In this document: piece after piece, positions 8,955-16,786 of the stretch
How the letters are laid out: each line of letters begins with the position of its first letter
How positions within the stretch are numbered: position 1 is the first letter of the stretch
From: an uncultured Legionella sp.
Lineage (GTDB): Bacteria; Pseudomonadota; Gammaproteobacteria; UBA6186; Azoamicaceae
Direction: 5' to 3'
DNA length: 64,000 bases
Assembly (NCBI GenBank): GCA_964522825.1
Contig: CAZFXA010000002.1
Span: 23,626-87,625 of the forward strand
Translations under genes and position numbers: made by a program
Notes under the pieces: generated by a model
Told to the model about the DNA's origin: nothing
Database searches by the model: none
What the model saw: only the letters and a program-made list of their open reading frames with translations

Positions 8955-11900
8955 TTACTGTGTCTCAGCTGAATATGATGTTTGTAATAATTTTTTGTGG
9001 TTTGCATCCCCTAGTGCACCATAACCGGTGGCAAAATTCAATGAAATGTCGCCTATGTTATAAGCTTGTTTAATTTCTTTAGCTCGTATAAATAACATTT
9101 GTGATTGATTGATATTGTGAATGGTCTGATACAAATTATTTAAGATAATGGCAGCTGCCAAATGATCTTTACCATAATGTTGCTCGCTAATTTTTAAAGC
9201 TTTTTCTAAACAAAGACGAGCCTTTCTTGAATCTCCTAGATCTTTATGAATATTCCCTAAATTATTTAAACTAATGCCTATAGCGATATGCTCTGCATGA
9301 TAATATTGAGCCTTAATTTTTAGAGATCTTTCAAGTTGTGCTTTTGCTTGATTTAGATTTCCTAAAACCCAATTCGCGTGTCCTAGACTAGTTAAAACAG
9401 TACTGGTTAAAAAATAATCTGGGCCATATTCTTTTTCATAAATATCCAAAGAACGTTCCAACATGGACTGTCCTTTTATTAGTTCTCCTGAGGCTATATA
9501 AGCGGTTCCAAGATTATGTAAGCTTGCAGCAATATTATGAGGAATTACATCAGGAGATTGCTCATCCATTTTTAGAACTCTTTCTAACAGTTGACACTGT
9601 TCTTTTACTCTACCGAAGATTCCGTAGACAATTCCAAGGTTATTTAAAGTGCTGGTTATTTCATTGGAATAGATTTTTTCATCGATTCTCAAGGCTCTTT
9701 CCAAAAGCGCTTGTGATTTTTTGATATCACCTAGCAGACAATAGATGCTTCCTAGATATCGCAAGGTTCTGGAGACGTTCAGATGGTTTGAACCATGTTT
9801 TTGTTTAAAGATAGCTAAAGATTGTTCAAGATAGTCCTTGGACAAAGCAGGTTCCTTATAGCATAAGGAAACACCTATATCAAAGGAAATCAGAGCTAAC
9901 AGAGCACTGTTAGGGTTTAAGTGTAAGGCTGTGTAGTGGCTCATTAACGATTGAAGATGTGGCAACAAGGCTTGCTGCCTTTGATCGTCTTCGCCAGCTA
10001 AAGTTTTGCGTGTAAATTCTTCATGAGCAAGATTTAAAATATTTTCATACCAAGATTGGCTAAGAGAAGGATTATAAGGATCAAGTTCTTTTAATATTTG
10101 CTTATGTTGATGTCGCAGTACCGCTTGCACTAAACGGTGAATTTCGAGAGTCTGCTTATTTGGATCTAGGGTGATAAGTGAATAACGATTCAGAAGCCCC
10201 AAAAGTTGGTCGAGAATCCATTCGGGATTTTCTTGGTTAGGAACGGTTTTTTTTAGCCAACTTAAAAGCAATGCTCTTGGGATTTGATTGGGTTCTAAAT
10301 AAGCACAAACAGTCATGAGTTGCACAGAAAGCGAAGGTATATTCTGCTGCATGGCTTCTTTTTTAATGGCATCGAAGTTCGTATGCCAAGTAACGGATAC
10401 AGGTACATGCTCAGTTCCTTCGGGTATGGCATGATCTGCTAACATTTTTTGTTCTGCTTGATAATAGCGGTCTAAATAGTCCTTAAAACCGATGCCATTA
10501 TTTCTAATGTAAGCACTAGCTTGGGCTAAGGCCAGTGGCAAATAACCCAACTTTTCTATTAGTTTTTGCACCACTTCCTGATCTTCTGTGCGTATTTTAC
10601 GTAAAGTGATGGATTCTATGAGTTGTAATGCTTCTTCTGGAGTCATGACATTTACCTCTAGTAGATTAAATTTATTCGGCCAATGGCGTTGTCGAGTAGT
10701 CAAAATGATATCGCCACCGGTTTCTGGTAAGAAATCTTTAATATCTTTATAAGTGGTGACATTATCATATACTAAAAGCCAACCAGGGTTTTTTGAAAGC
10801 CAATCTTTAATATAAGGCAATACTGAATCGAAAGAAGGTTTTTCTTCTTGATACCCAAGCACTTTGGCAAGCTCAATATATTGTTGTTTTAACTGAGCAA
10901 TATTTTCCGCATAAAACCAGCCTTTGAAGATATAAGGATGTTGAGAATGACGGATATAATAAAGTGCTAATTGAGTTTTGCCAACCCCGCCCAATCCAGA
11001 ACAGGCACTAATAGCCAAAGTATTGCTATTTGAATTTGGATTAAAATGACGGACATCAAATGATTCTTGATTATGTAATTTAGTATGCAAATTTTCAAGC
11101 AATTTCTGTCTGCCAACAAAAATATAATCTTGTCTAGGTATGTTCCAAGTTTTAATCTCTTTGTTAGAAGGTGTGGATATTTCCGATTTAATCTGCCAGA
11201 ATTCCGCCGCAACATTTTTATAGAGCCAACCTATACAGAAAAGAAGAACCACAAGATTCATGAATGAGGTAAATTTTCTTTGCTTCAAGATAGAGTCTGA
11301 AAAAACAGCCTGTTTTCCACTATTTTTTAGTAAAGTTTTTTCTTCTTCAAGGTGATTAAAAGAACCATCAGAGAGAGTTATACATTGTTTTTTAAAATTT
11401 AAAATATTTTCCTCAAAAGAAAGGTTGGGCAACAATATTTTTAACACCTCAAATACCATAAGATAGTAGTTTTTTTGCTTTGTTAAATCAAAGCGCTGAA
11501 TATCATTTGGCAATGCTGTGGGGGCGTCCGTCTCAACTGCTGTGTTCAAAGAAATAAAAATTATCGATTCGACAGAATGATTATTTTTAAAAAAGTCAAA
11601 AAGTTCTCGATTGTTTTCTATCAATGATACGGACAAACAACAAATAACATGGCTAGCAGATGGTTCGTTTTTCTTGTGAGGTTGTGCGAGCGTGTAATAA
11701 TTTTCCTTGCGTTCCCATAGTGTCAGACCAGCCAACTTCAAATGCTTTTTTAATTCGCGAAGCATAAAAAGGTTATCTTTTTGTTCCCCATCATAAACTA
11801 GGTAAGAAACAGGATGCTGCGTGACTGACCTGAATAGCTTACTTAATTCTCGTTCGAAGGCAATTTCAATTAGCAAACTCGTATAGTATTGATTCATAAA

Positions 11901-12197
11901 AACGAGCTTCCCGGATTTTTCGATAAAATCGATAATCCCTTCCTGTGAACCACATCCTAATTTTAGTTTGATACCTGCAATGCGATTTTCAACATTTCTA
12001 ACTGCAATCGATAATAGAGAAGCTATTTTACTCGATCGTCTACCTCTCAAAAGACAGGCAATAATATCTATTTCTCTAGAAGTAAAGGCAATGCCCTGAA
12101 TTTTTTTTAAATGTGAGGCATAAATATTCTTGGGAGGAATAAGGTTGTTAATAATCTCATGATTAATTTGGTTGGCTTCCGTTTTCGTATCTTCCAC
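8955..12197 (-). CDS. STAND NTPase: N-terminal LuxR/GerE HTH, hydrophobic segment, NB-ARC NTPase, C-terminal TPR array
   Basis: 1080 aa. HTH: TSREIDIIACLLRGRRSSKIASLLSIAVRNVENRIAGIKLKLG. Hydrophobic segment: FTSFMNLVVLLFCIGWLY. NB-ARC motifs: GLGGVGKTQLA (Walker A), LLVYDNV (Walker B), ILTTR, GYLPLAL (GLPL). The final ~300 aa are TPR-like repeats (NLGxxYxxxGxxxKAxxxxERSLKI). The gene is visibly AT-rich. Confidence 0.8.
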   Translation of the reverse strand: MEDTKTEANQINHEIINNLIPPKNIYASHLKKIQGIAFTSREIDIIACLLRGRRSSKIASLLSIAVRNVENRIAGIKLKLGCGSQEGIIDFIEKSGKLVFMNQYYTSLLIEIAFERELSKLFRSVTQHPVSYLVYDGEQKDNLFMLRELKKHLKLAGLTLWERKENYYTLAQPHKKNEPSASHVICCLSVSLIENNRELFDFFKNNHSVESIIFISLNTAVETDAPTALPNDIQRFDLTKQKNYYLMVFEVLKILLPNLSFEENILNFKKQCITLSDGSFNHLEEEKTLLKNSGKQAVFSDSILKQRKFTSFMNLVVLLFCIGWLYKNVAAEFWQIKSEISTPSNKEIKTWNIPRQDYIFVGRQKLLENLHTKLHNQESFDVRHFNPNSNSNTLAISACSGLGGVGKTQLALYYIRHSQHPYIFKGWFYAENIAQLKQQYIELAKVLGYQEEKPSFDSVLPYIKDWLSKNPGWLLVYDNVTTYKDIKDFLPETGGDIILTTRQRHWPNKFNLLEVNVMTPEEALQLIESITLRKIRTEDQEVVQKLIEKLGYLPLALAQASAYIRNNGIGFKDYLDRYYQAEQKMLADHAIPEGTEHVPVSVTWHTNFDAIKKEAMQQNIPSLSVQLMTVCAYLEPNQIPRALLLSWLKKTVPNQENPEWILDQLLGLLNRYSLITLDPNKQTLEIHRLVQAVLRHQHKQILKELDPYNPSLSQSWYENILNLAHEEFTRKTLAGEDDQRQQALLPHLQSLMSHYTALHLNPNSALLALISFDIGVSLCYKEPALSKDYLEQSLAIFKQKHGSNHLNVSRTLRYLGSIYCLLGDIKKSQALLERALRIDEKIYSNEITSTLNNLGIVYGIFGRVKEQCQLLERVLKMDEQSPDVIPHNIAASLHNLGTAYIASGELIKGQSMLERSLDIYEKEYGPDYFLTSTVLTSLGHANWVLGNLNQAKAQLERSLKIKAQYYHAEHIAIGISLNNLGNIHKDLGDSRKARLCLEKALKISEQHYGKDHLAAAIILNNLYQTIHNINQSQMLFIRAKEIKQAYNIGDISLNFATGYGALGDANHKKLLQTSYSAETQ

Positions 12198-12266
12198 TAA
12201 TACTATTTCAAAAAAACTTGTTGATTCATCTATGAAATCGACAGCTTACCAAGCCTATCAAATTCC

Positions 12267-12296
12267 TTGAGATAGATCATTAAAAAATTATCTCAA
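12267..12296. promoter_or_regulatory. Inverted repeat upstream of the STAND gene
   Basis: TTGAGATA (12267-12274), 14-nt AT-rich spacer, TATCTCAA (12289-12296). It lies 70-100 nt upstream of the STAND start codon at 12197. Confidence 0.3.
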
Positions 12297-12515
12297 ACTA
12301 GAAAACACGATTCTATAATTTAATGATAGGTCTTTATTATGGTTCATAAAACTCCATCACTTCAATGCTTTTTCTAAAAAAGACCTGTGTTTTCTTACCA
12401 AGAGCATCGCCTGAGTATATTTCACACATCGTCAAAGGTTTAAAACCCATGGAAAATATGATTTCAAAAAAACTTCTTACTGATTTTCAGGAAGGCTTAT
12501 ATAGTGAAAGGAATC

Positions 12516-12662
12516 TCAACCCCCTCTAAAACGATCACGTTCGTCATCTTCATCTTCATTGGCGTAGGCTTTAAATCTTCTAGTCTTTTGAAGGTCATAT
12601 TCAAGGCGACAGCTTTGAACGGCTTTAATATTGGCAAAAACGGCTATCGACTCAAAAATCAT
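12516..12662 (-). CDS. Small acidic hypothetical protein (48 aa)
   Basis: Own translation: MIFESIAVFANIKAVQSCRLEYDLQKTRRFKAYANEDEDDERDRFRGG. It is preceded by AAGGAGGTG with about 7-nt spacing. It is too short for the ORF track and is divergent from the 12836 gene. Confidence 0.35.
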   Translation of the reverse strand: MIFESIAVFANIKAVQSCRLEYDLQKTRRFKAYANEDEDDERDRFRGG

Positions 12663-12727
12663 CCGTCCACCTCCTTTTTGATGCACCTGAAGGCTGGTTT
12701 ACAGGGGTTCAATATAAACCATCAAAA

Positions 12728-12743
12728 CCGGAAATATTTCCGG
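12728..12743. promoter_or_regulatory. Perfect 16-bp palindrome in divergent intergenic region
   Basis: CCGGAAATATTTCCGG, between the small minus-strand ORF (start 12662) and the HTH/ParB-like gene (start 12836). Confidence 0.35.
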
Positions 12744-12835
12744 CTCTTTGTGGTTAGGATTGTCCACAGGTTTCATTGAAATGCTGAGAAAACTTTCTTG
12801 TAAGTCTTGAAAGAATCAGCGATGGGGGCAATAGG

Positions 12836-13684
12836 ATGTTTTTTGAAGGGCAAGATAAAAATGTGATGAGCAATCGCAGTTTATCTCAAGCTATTGCCAT
12901 GTATAAGACGGCTGCCAATCTGGCTAGAACCTTAGGGGTTGACCCAGACTTGATCTACAAGTGGCACAACCAAGATATAAGAATACCTCTACCGATGGCT
13001 CTGCGTATAGAAGATGTCACAAACATCGATTTTGAAAGATTATCACCCCATACACCAGAAGCCAATTTTTTAATTAAAAACCGAAGCCATAGAAAAAGTC
13101 TGATCAAAATAGAAATCGACGCTATTTTGCTTGATGTGAGCCAAAGTCTGCGAAATCTGCCTTCAGATCGACCCCTTATGATCGGAGAGGATCGCGTATT
13201 AATTTCAGGCTGGCATCCATTAGAGGCAGAAAAGCTAAAGGGTTCTAAACACCTTAAAGTCCTGGTGATAGATTTGGAATCCCTGTTTTTAGGCATGAAA
13301 GCGATTCATGAATTCCCTTATCTTTTTATCAGTGAAAAAATTGAAATAGGGCTGCGCTTGGAGGGATTAATGGGACATCCTCCAAGCGCAGGACATGACT
13401 TGAAGTCCAATGCTGCACTCATAAATAAAAATACTTCTGAACCCATCCCCATTTGGGGAGCGTTTACAGGTAGAAAAGACATTTTTATTGCAAAAACATT
13501 GGGTTACTCGACTAATACTTATTACCGTGCCAAGCAAGTTTATCTGCATGGCATTCCAGAACTGATTCAGGCCATGAATCTGAAAAAAGTACGCATTAAC
13601 AAAGCCTACACACTTTCAAAACTGAACGAAATCGAACAAACCGATTGGATCCAATCACATCTCAAGGAGGCCCCTGTGTTATGA
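12836..13684 (+). CDS. Cro/YdaS-like HTH fused to a degenerate ParB-like N-terminal domain and a C-terminal HTH
   Basis: N-terminus: LSQAIAMYKTAANLARTLGVDPDLIYKWHN (YdaS/Cro-like). Middle: IEIDAILLD..RPLMIGEDRVLISGWHPLEAEKLKGSKHLKVLVIDL (ParB/Srx-like, GxHR degenerate). C-terminus: IAKTLGYSTNTYYRAKQVYLHGIPELIQAM. The start could instead be M11 (12866). Confidence 0.5.
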   Translation: MFFEGQDKNVMSNRSLSQAIAMYKTAANLARTLGVDPDLIYKWHNQDIRIPLPMALRIEDVTNIDFERLSPHTPEANFLIKNRSHRKSLIKIEIDAILLDVSQSLRNLPSDRPLMIGEDRVLISGWHPLEAEKLKGSKHLKVLVIDLESLFLGMKAIHEFPYLFISEKIEIGLRLEGLMGHPPSAGHDLKSNAALINKNTSEPIPIWGAFTGRKDIFIAKTLGYSTNTYYRAKQVYLHGIPELIQAMNLKKVRINKAYTLSKLNEIEQTDWIQSHLKEAPVL

Positions 13685-14643
13685 AAAAAAGACGACCCAA
13701 ACCCTATGTGGAACAGCCGCGTATTCGGACGGTAAAACCCCAGTTATTCAAGCATGAATGGCTTTACCAAACTGAAAAAGAAACACAATTGCCGATTCGT
13801 CTTGGGTTTATTGGTTTGTTTGGTTTATGTGATGGCGAAGGTTATTTTAAGTGGCAGCCTGGGCGCATGCGGGCCGAGGTGTTTCCCTACGAATCGGTGG
13901 ATTGTGAGGCACTTTTAGAAGCGCTCAGAAAGGCTCAATTTATCGAAAAATTTGTTTTTGAAGGGGAATCCTTTGGCCGTATCCCCAGTTGGTTAAAGCA
14001 TCAGGTGATGGGAGACCAGGAACCCGAAACCTGGCTCCCTCGTTTACTGCCTTCGGGTGAAGTGGTGCCTGGATTTATTGAGTTAGAAGACCTTAAAAAT
14101 AACGATAAGCTTTGCGATGGCTTGAGCATCAAAGCGCATTTTTTTGGAAGGGAGGGGAAGGGTAAGGGAAGGGGAGGGAAGGGCAGAGAAGGGAAAGGAA
14201 GGAAAGTGAAAGAGAGGGGAAGGGAAAGGCAGGCATTGGTGTTGTCGGATGCCTCTGAAACCACTTCCACCGAATCTCCGGTTGGGCAAGTTTTTGCACA
14301 CTGGCAGACCGTGATGAATCGTTCACGTGCCCAATTAGATCCAAAACGCCGGGCCTTGATTCAAAAAGCGCTGAAGCTCGGTTACACCGTGCAAGATTTA
14401 TGTGAAGCCATTAGTGGCTGTAGTCTCACACCGCACAACCAAGGCCACAACGATCGGGGTGAACGCTATGATGGTTTGGAACTCATTTTACGCACGGCCG
14501 ATCAAATCGATCGCTTTATGCATAACTACCAACATCCCCCTCGGCTTTTAAACCCTATTGAGGCACAACAGGCAGATAATATCCGTGAGCTACAAGCTTG
14601 GGTGAGAGCAAAACAACAGGAACGAAGCCATGAAAGCTACTGA
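13681..14643 (+). CDS. Phage-type replication-associated protein (conserved phage C-terminus, Phg_2220_C-like) with internal G/K/R/E low-complexity linker
   Basis: ATGA overlap with the upstream gene (start at MKKRRPKPY). C-terminus: VFAHWQTVMNRSRAQLDPKRRALIQKALKLGYTVQDLCEAISGCSLTPHNQGHNDRGERYDGLELILR matches the phage replication C-terminal pattern. Linker: GREGKGKGRGGKGREGKGRKVKERGRER. Confidence 0.5.
   Translation: MKKRRPKPYVEQPRIRTVKPQLFKHEWLYQTEKETQLPIRLGFIGLFGLCDGEGYFKWQPGRMRAEVFPYESVDCEALLEALRKAQFIEKFVFEGESFGRIPSWLKHQVMGDQEPETWLPRLLPSGEVVPGFIELEDLKNNDKLCDGLSIKAHFFGREGKGKGRGGKGREGKGRKVKERGRERQALVLSDASETTSTESPVGQVFAHWQTVMNRSRAQLDPKRRALIQKALKLGYTVQDLCEAISGCSLTPHNQGHNDRGERYDGLELILRTADQIDRFMHNYQHPPRLLNPIEAQQADNIRELQAWVRAKQQERSHESY
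14146..14229 (+). repeat. 84-nt polypurine / G-tract run (G-quadruplex-type motif) inside CDS
   Basis: ggaagggaggggaagggtaagggaaggggagggaagggcagagaaggg... It has only 3 pyrimidines in 84 nt. Eight consecutive G3-4 tracts are separated by 1-7 nt loops. Confidence 0.9.
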
Positions 14644-15289
14644 TGCAGAAGCTTTTGCAGCGATCTTAGCTTCCATCGCTCAGCTCTACGGGAAAAGCTT
14701 TTCTAAACATTTGAGTGATATTTACTGGAATCTTTTAGAGCCTTATAGTTTGTCGGAACTTGAAATCGCTCTGAAGGCTCACCTACGTAATCCCAATGGG
14801 GGTCAGTTTTTTCCAAAGCCTGCGGATCTGATCCGTCATCTGGAAGGTGGCAGCGGCACCAAAGCTTTACAAGCTTGGACCCTGGTCGAACGTGCCATTC
14901 GGCAGATTGGAACCTACCAAAGCTTGGCTTTCGAAGATCCCTTGATTCATGCGGTCATCGAAGACATGGGTGGTTGGGTAAAGCTTTGTGCTATCAGCCT
15001 CAAAGAACTGCCCTTTTGCAGCTTAGAGTTTCAAAAACGCTATGAAGGTTTAGTCCATAAAGCACCGCATCGTTATCCCTCCTATTTGCCGGGTGTGATC
15101 GAATGTCAGAACAGCTCCAAAGGCTATGCAGTGTCTGAACCCTTGCTTATAGGTGATCTGCCCAAGACCCAAGCGGTCATTCAGGGTGGAAGCCCTCTAC
15201 CGCCTTTATGTCAGAGCCGTGCTTCGCTTGAGCAATGGATTGCTGACATTCATAAGATCCAACAGAGCAAGGATCCTAAAGATGCATAA
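14630..15289 (+). CDS. Hypothetical protein, possibly replication-associated
   Basis: 219 aa, translationally overlapping both neighbours. It contains GGQFFPKPADLIRHLEG. No motif can be assigned firmly. The call rests on context in the replication-like module. Confidence 0.45.
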   Translation: MKATDAEAFAAILASIAQLYGKSFSKHLSDIYWNLLEPYSLSELEIALKAHLRNPNGGQFFPKPADLIRHLEGGSGTKALQAWTLVERAIRQIGTYQSLAFEDPLIHAVIEDMGGWVKLCAISLKELPFCSLEFQKRYEGLVHKAPHRYPSYLPGVIECQNSSKGYAVSEPLLIGDLPKTQAVIQGGSPLPPLCQSRASLEQWIADIHKIQQSKDPKDA

Positions 15290-15611
15290 GGATTTTTATG
15301 TTCAACCGCCCTTAGCCCATCTGAAAGGCGTACGTCTGGCAGTAGCGCAGTTGGTGATCCAAGGCTACACCGAATCACAAATCGCAGGCAAACTCTGTTT
15401 GTCTTTGAGCTCCATTAAAAAATATGTGGTGGGGCTTAAAGAGCAAATGAACTGTGCAACCTTGCATGGACTCAGTGCAAAGCTCATGCGCCTAAGTTTA
15501 GAACACAAAACAAACCCTTCTTTTTTCAAAAAAGGCCAGCAGATGGTACTAAAGATCAATGCTTTTTTGAGAAAAAAGGAGAAAACTAAGCTTTTAGGAG
15601 GTGCCCCATGA
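15282..15611 (+). CDS. LuxR/GerE-family HTH regulator (109 aa)
   Basis: From internal ATG 15282, which overlaps the upstream stop. RLAVAQLVIQGYTESQIAGKLCLSLSSIKKYVVGLKEQMN is a GerE-type HTH. It lies immediately upstream of the pilin gene. Confidence 0.7.
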   Translation: MHKDFYVQPPLAHLKGVRLAVAQLVIQGYTESQIAGKLCLSLSSIKKYVVGLKEQMNCATLHGLSAKLMRLSLEHKTNPSFFKKGQQMVLKINAFLRKKEKTKLLGGAP

Positions 15612-15937
15612 ATCAAGCAAAAACAAAAAGTTGGACCGAAGATCCTGCCCTGCGAGCCTTCATGTTCTCGGTGCTGGTACTCATTCTTTACGTCTTAAGT
15701 TTTCAATGTCAGGCCGCCTTAGCCGATACCGACAGGGTCGCAGAGCTTAAAACCCTGACCACTGAGACACAAAAAATTGTAAAAAATGGCTGCTATATCG
15801 CAGGTTCTGCCAGCGCTCTGGTAGGAACTATCTGGGCAGTGGCTTCGCAAAATCTAAAAGTGGCTGCAAGTTCAGCGGCCATTACGGTGGTTGCCCTCAA
15901 AGCAGCGAGTTTTTTTAGTGGAACCTTGCTCATTTAG
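15608..15937 (+). CDS. traA: F-type propilin TraA
   Basis: 109 aa. A long leader ends in ..FQCQAALA. The ~70-aa mature part has two hydrophobic segments (GCYIAGSASALVGTIWAV; AASSAAITVVALKAASFF). It is the first gene of a traA-L-E-K-B series, with an ATGA overlap to the upstream gene. Confidence 0.6.
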   Translation: MNQAKTKSWTEDPALRAFMFSVLVLILYVLSFQCQAALADTDRVAELKTLTTETQKIVKNGCYIAGSASALVGTIWAVASQNLKVAASSAAITVVALKAASFFSGTLLI

Positions 15938-15947
15938 GGAGGCAAAT

Positions 15948-16226
15948 ATGTGCGATCCGATCCCTGTCTTTTTAAATAGGCCCGATAAAGTGGTGTTCTG
16001 GACTTGGAAAGAAATCGGTACTTTTTTAAGTACGGTCTTTTTTGTTTGGTGTACGTCTTCTTTTGTACTGGGTCTCTTTCTAGGTACTTTGATGGTCAAA
16101 GCTTTAAGAGCCTTACAATCCCATCCGCTGGGCGATTTAACACAGCTAGGTGTTTATGCCTTTCTGCCCTCTCAGCGACATTTTAAATCGCTGATTCCTT
16201 CGGATATTCGGGAGCTTTTAGGATGA
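15948..16226 (+). CDS. traL: Type-F conjugative transfer protein TraL
   Basis: 92 aa from ATG 15948, with an AGGGAGG SD. PVFLNRPDKVVFWTWKEIGTFLSTVFFVW contains a single TM. Size and position match TraL. Confidence 0.75.
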   Translation: MCDPIPVFLNRPDKVVFWTWKEIGTFLSTVFFVWCTSSFVLGLFLGTLMVKALRALQSHPLGDLTQLGVYAFLPSQRHFKSLIPSDIRELLG

Positions 16227-16786
16227 GCCTACAACTCGCAGAACATTACAACAGTGTCGTCATGCAACGTAATCGCTTGATGATGGCCTGTGCCGCCCTT
16301 TGTATGATTTCAGTCCTTTTGGGTGCTTCGAACTTTGTACTAATCGGTAAAGAACGTGTCATCGTATTACCCGCAGAAGTGCACCGATCTTTTTGGGTAG
16401 CCTCGGATTCCGTATCGGACAGCTATCTAGAACAGATGTCTCAATTTTTGGTGCATCTATTACTCAATGTCAGTCCTAATACCGTCGCCCTGCATAGTGA
16501 ACAATTTTTAGCCCAAGTCTCTTCTCAACATTTTGCAGCGCTTAAAACACAATTGGTGGCCCAGCAATTAGAAGTCGAACGTTTGGGCATCAGTACGACC
16601 TTTGATACCAAGAACTTTAAAATCAATGGCAAAAAATTGATAGCAGAAGTTGAGGGAGAGCTTAAAACAACCCTGGGTAATAGCCCTATGCCTACACAGA
16701 AAAAAATCTACCGCTTACAGTTTGTGCGCGAGCAAGGCCGCTTATGGATCCGTTCCTTTGAGGAGTTCAAAGATGCATCACCTTAA
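16223..16786 (+). CDS. traE: Type-F conjugative transfer protein TraE
   Basis: 187 aa with an N-terminal TM (NRLMMACAALCMISVLLGASNFVL). It has an ATGA overlap with traL. Order and size match TraE. Confidence 0.85.
   Translation: MSLQLAEHYNSVVMQRNRLMMACAALCMISVLLGASNFVLIGKERVIVLPAEVHRSFWVASDSVSDSYLEQMSQFLVHLLLNVSPNTVALHSEQFLAQVSSQHFAALKTQLVAQQLEVERLGISTTFDTKNFKINGKKLIAEVEGELKTTLGNSPMPTQKKIYRLQFVREQGRLWIRSFEEFKDASP

Noticed and set aside
12504-12779. 91-aa plus-strand ORF in the intergenic region
   Set aside because: It has no SD and an odd composition. It overlaps the better supported SD-preceded minus-strand small ORF and the 16-bp palindrome.
14001-14344. Three overlapping minus-strand ORFs (71-89 aa) rich in P/S/L/F
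   Set aside because: They are artefacts of the polypyrimidine complement of the polypurine tract, which has no stop codons. The plus-strand gene is supported by operon coupling and a conserved C-terminal domain.
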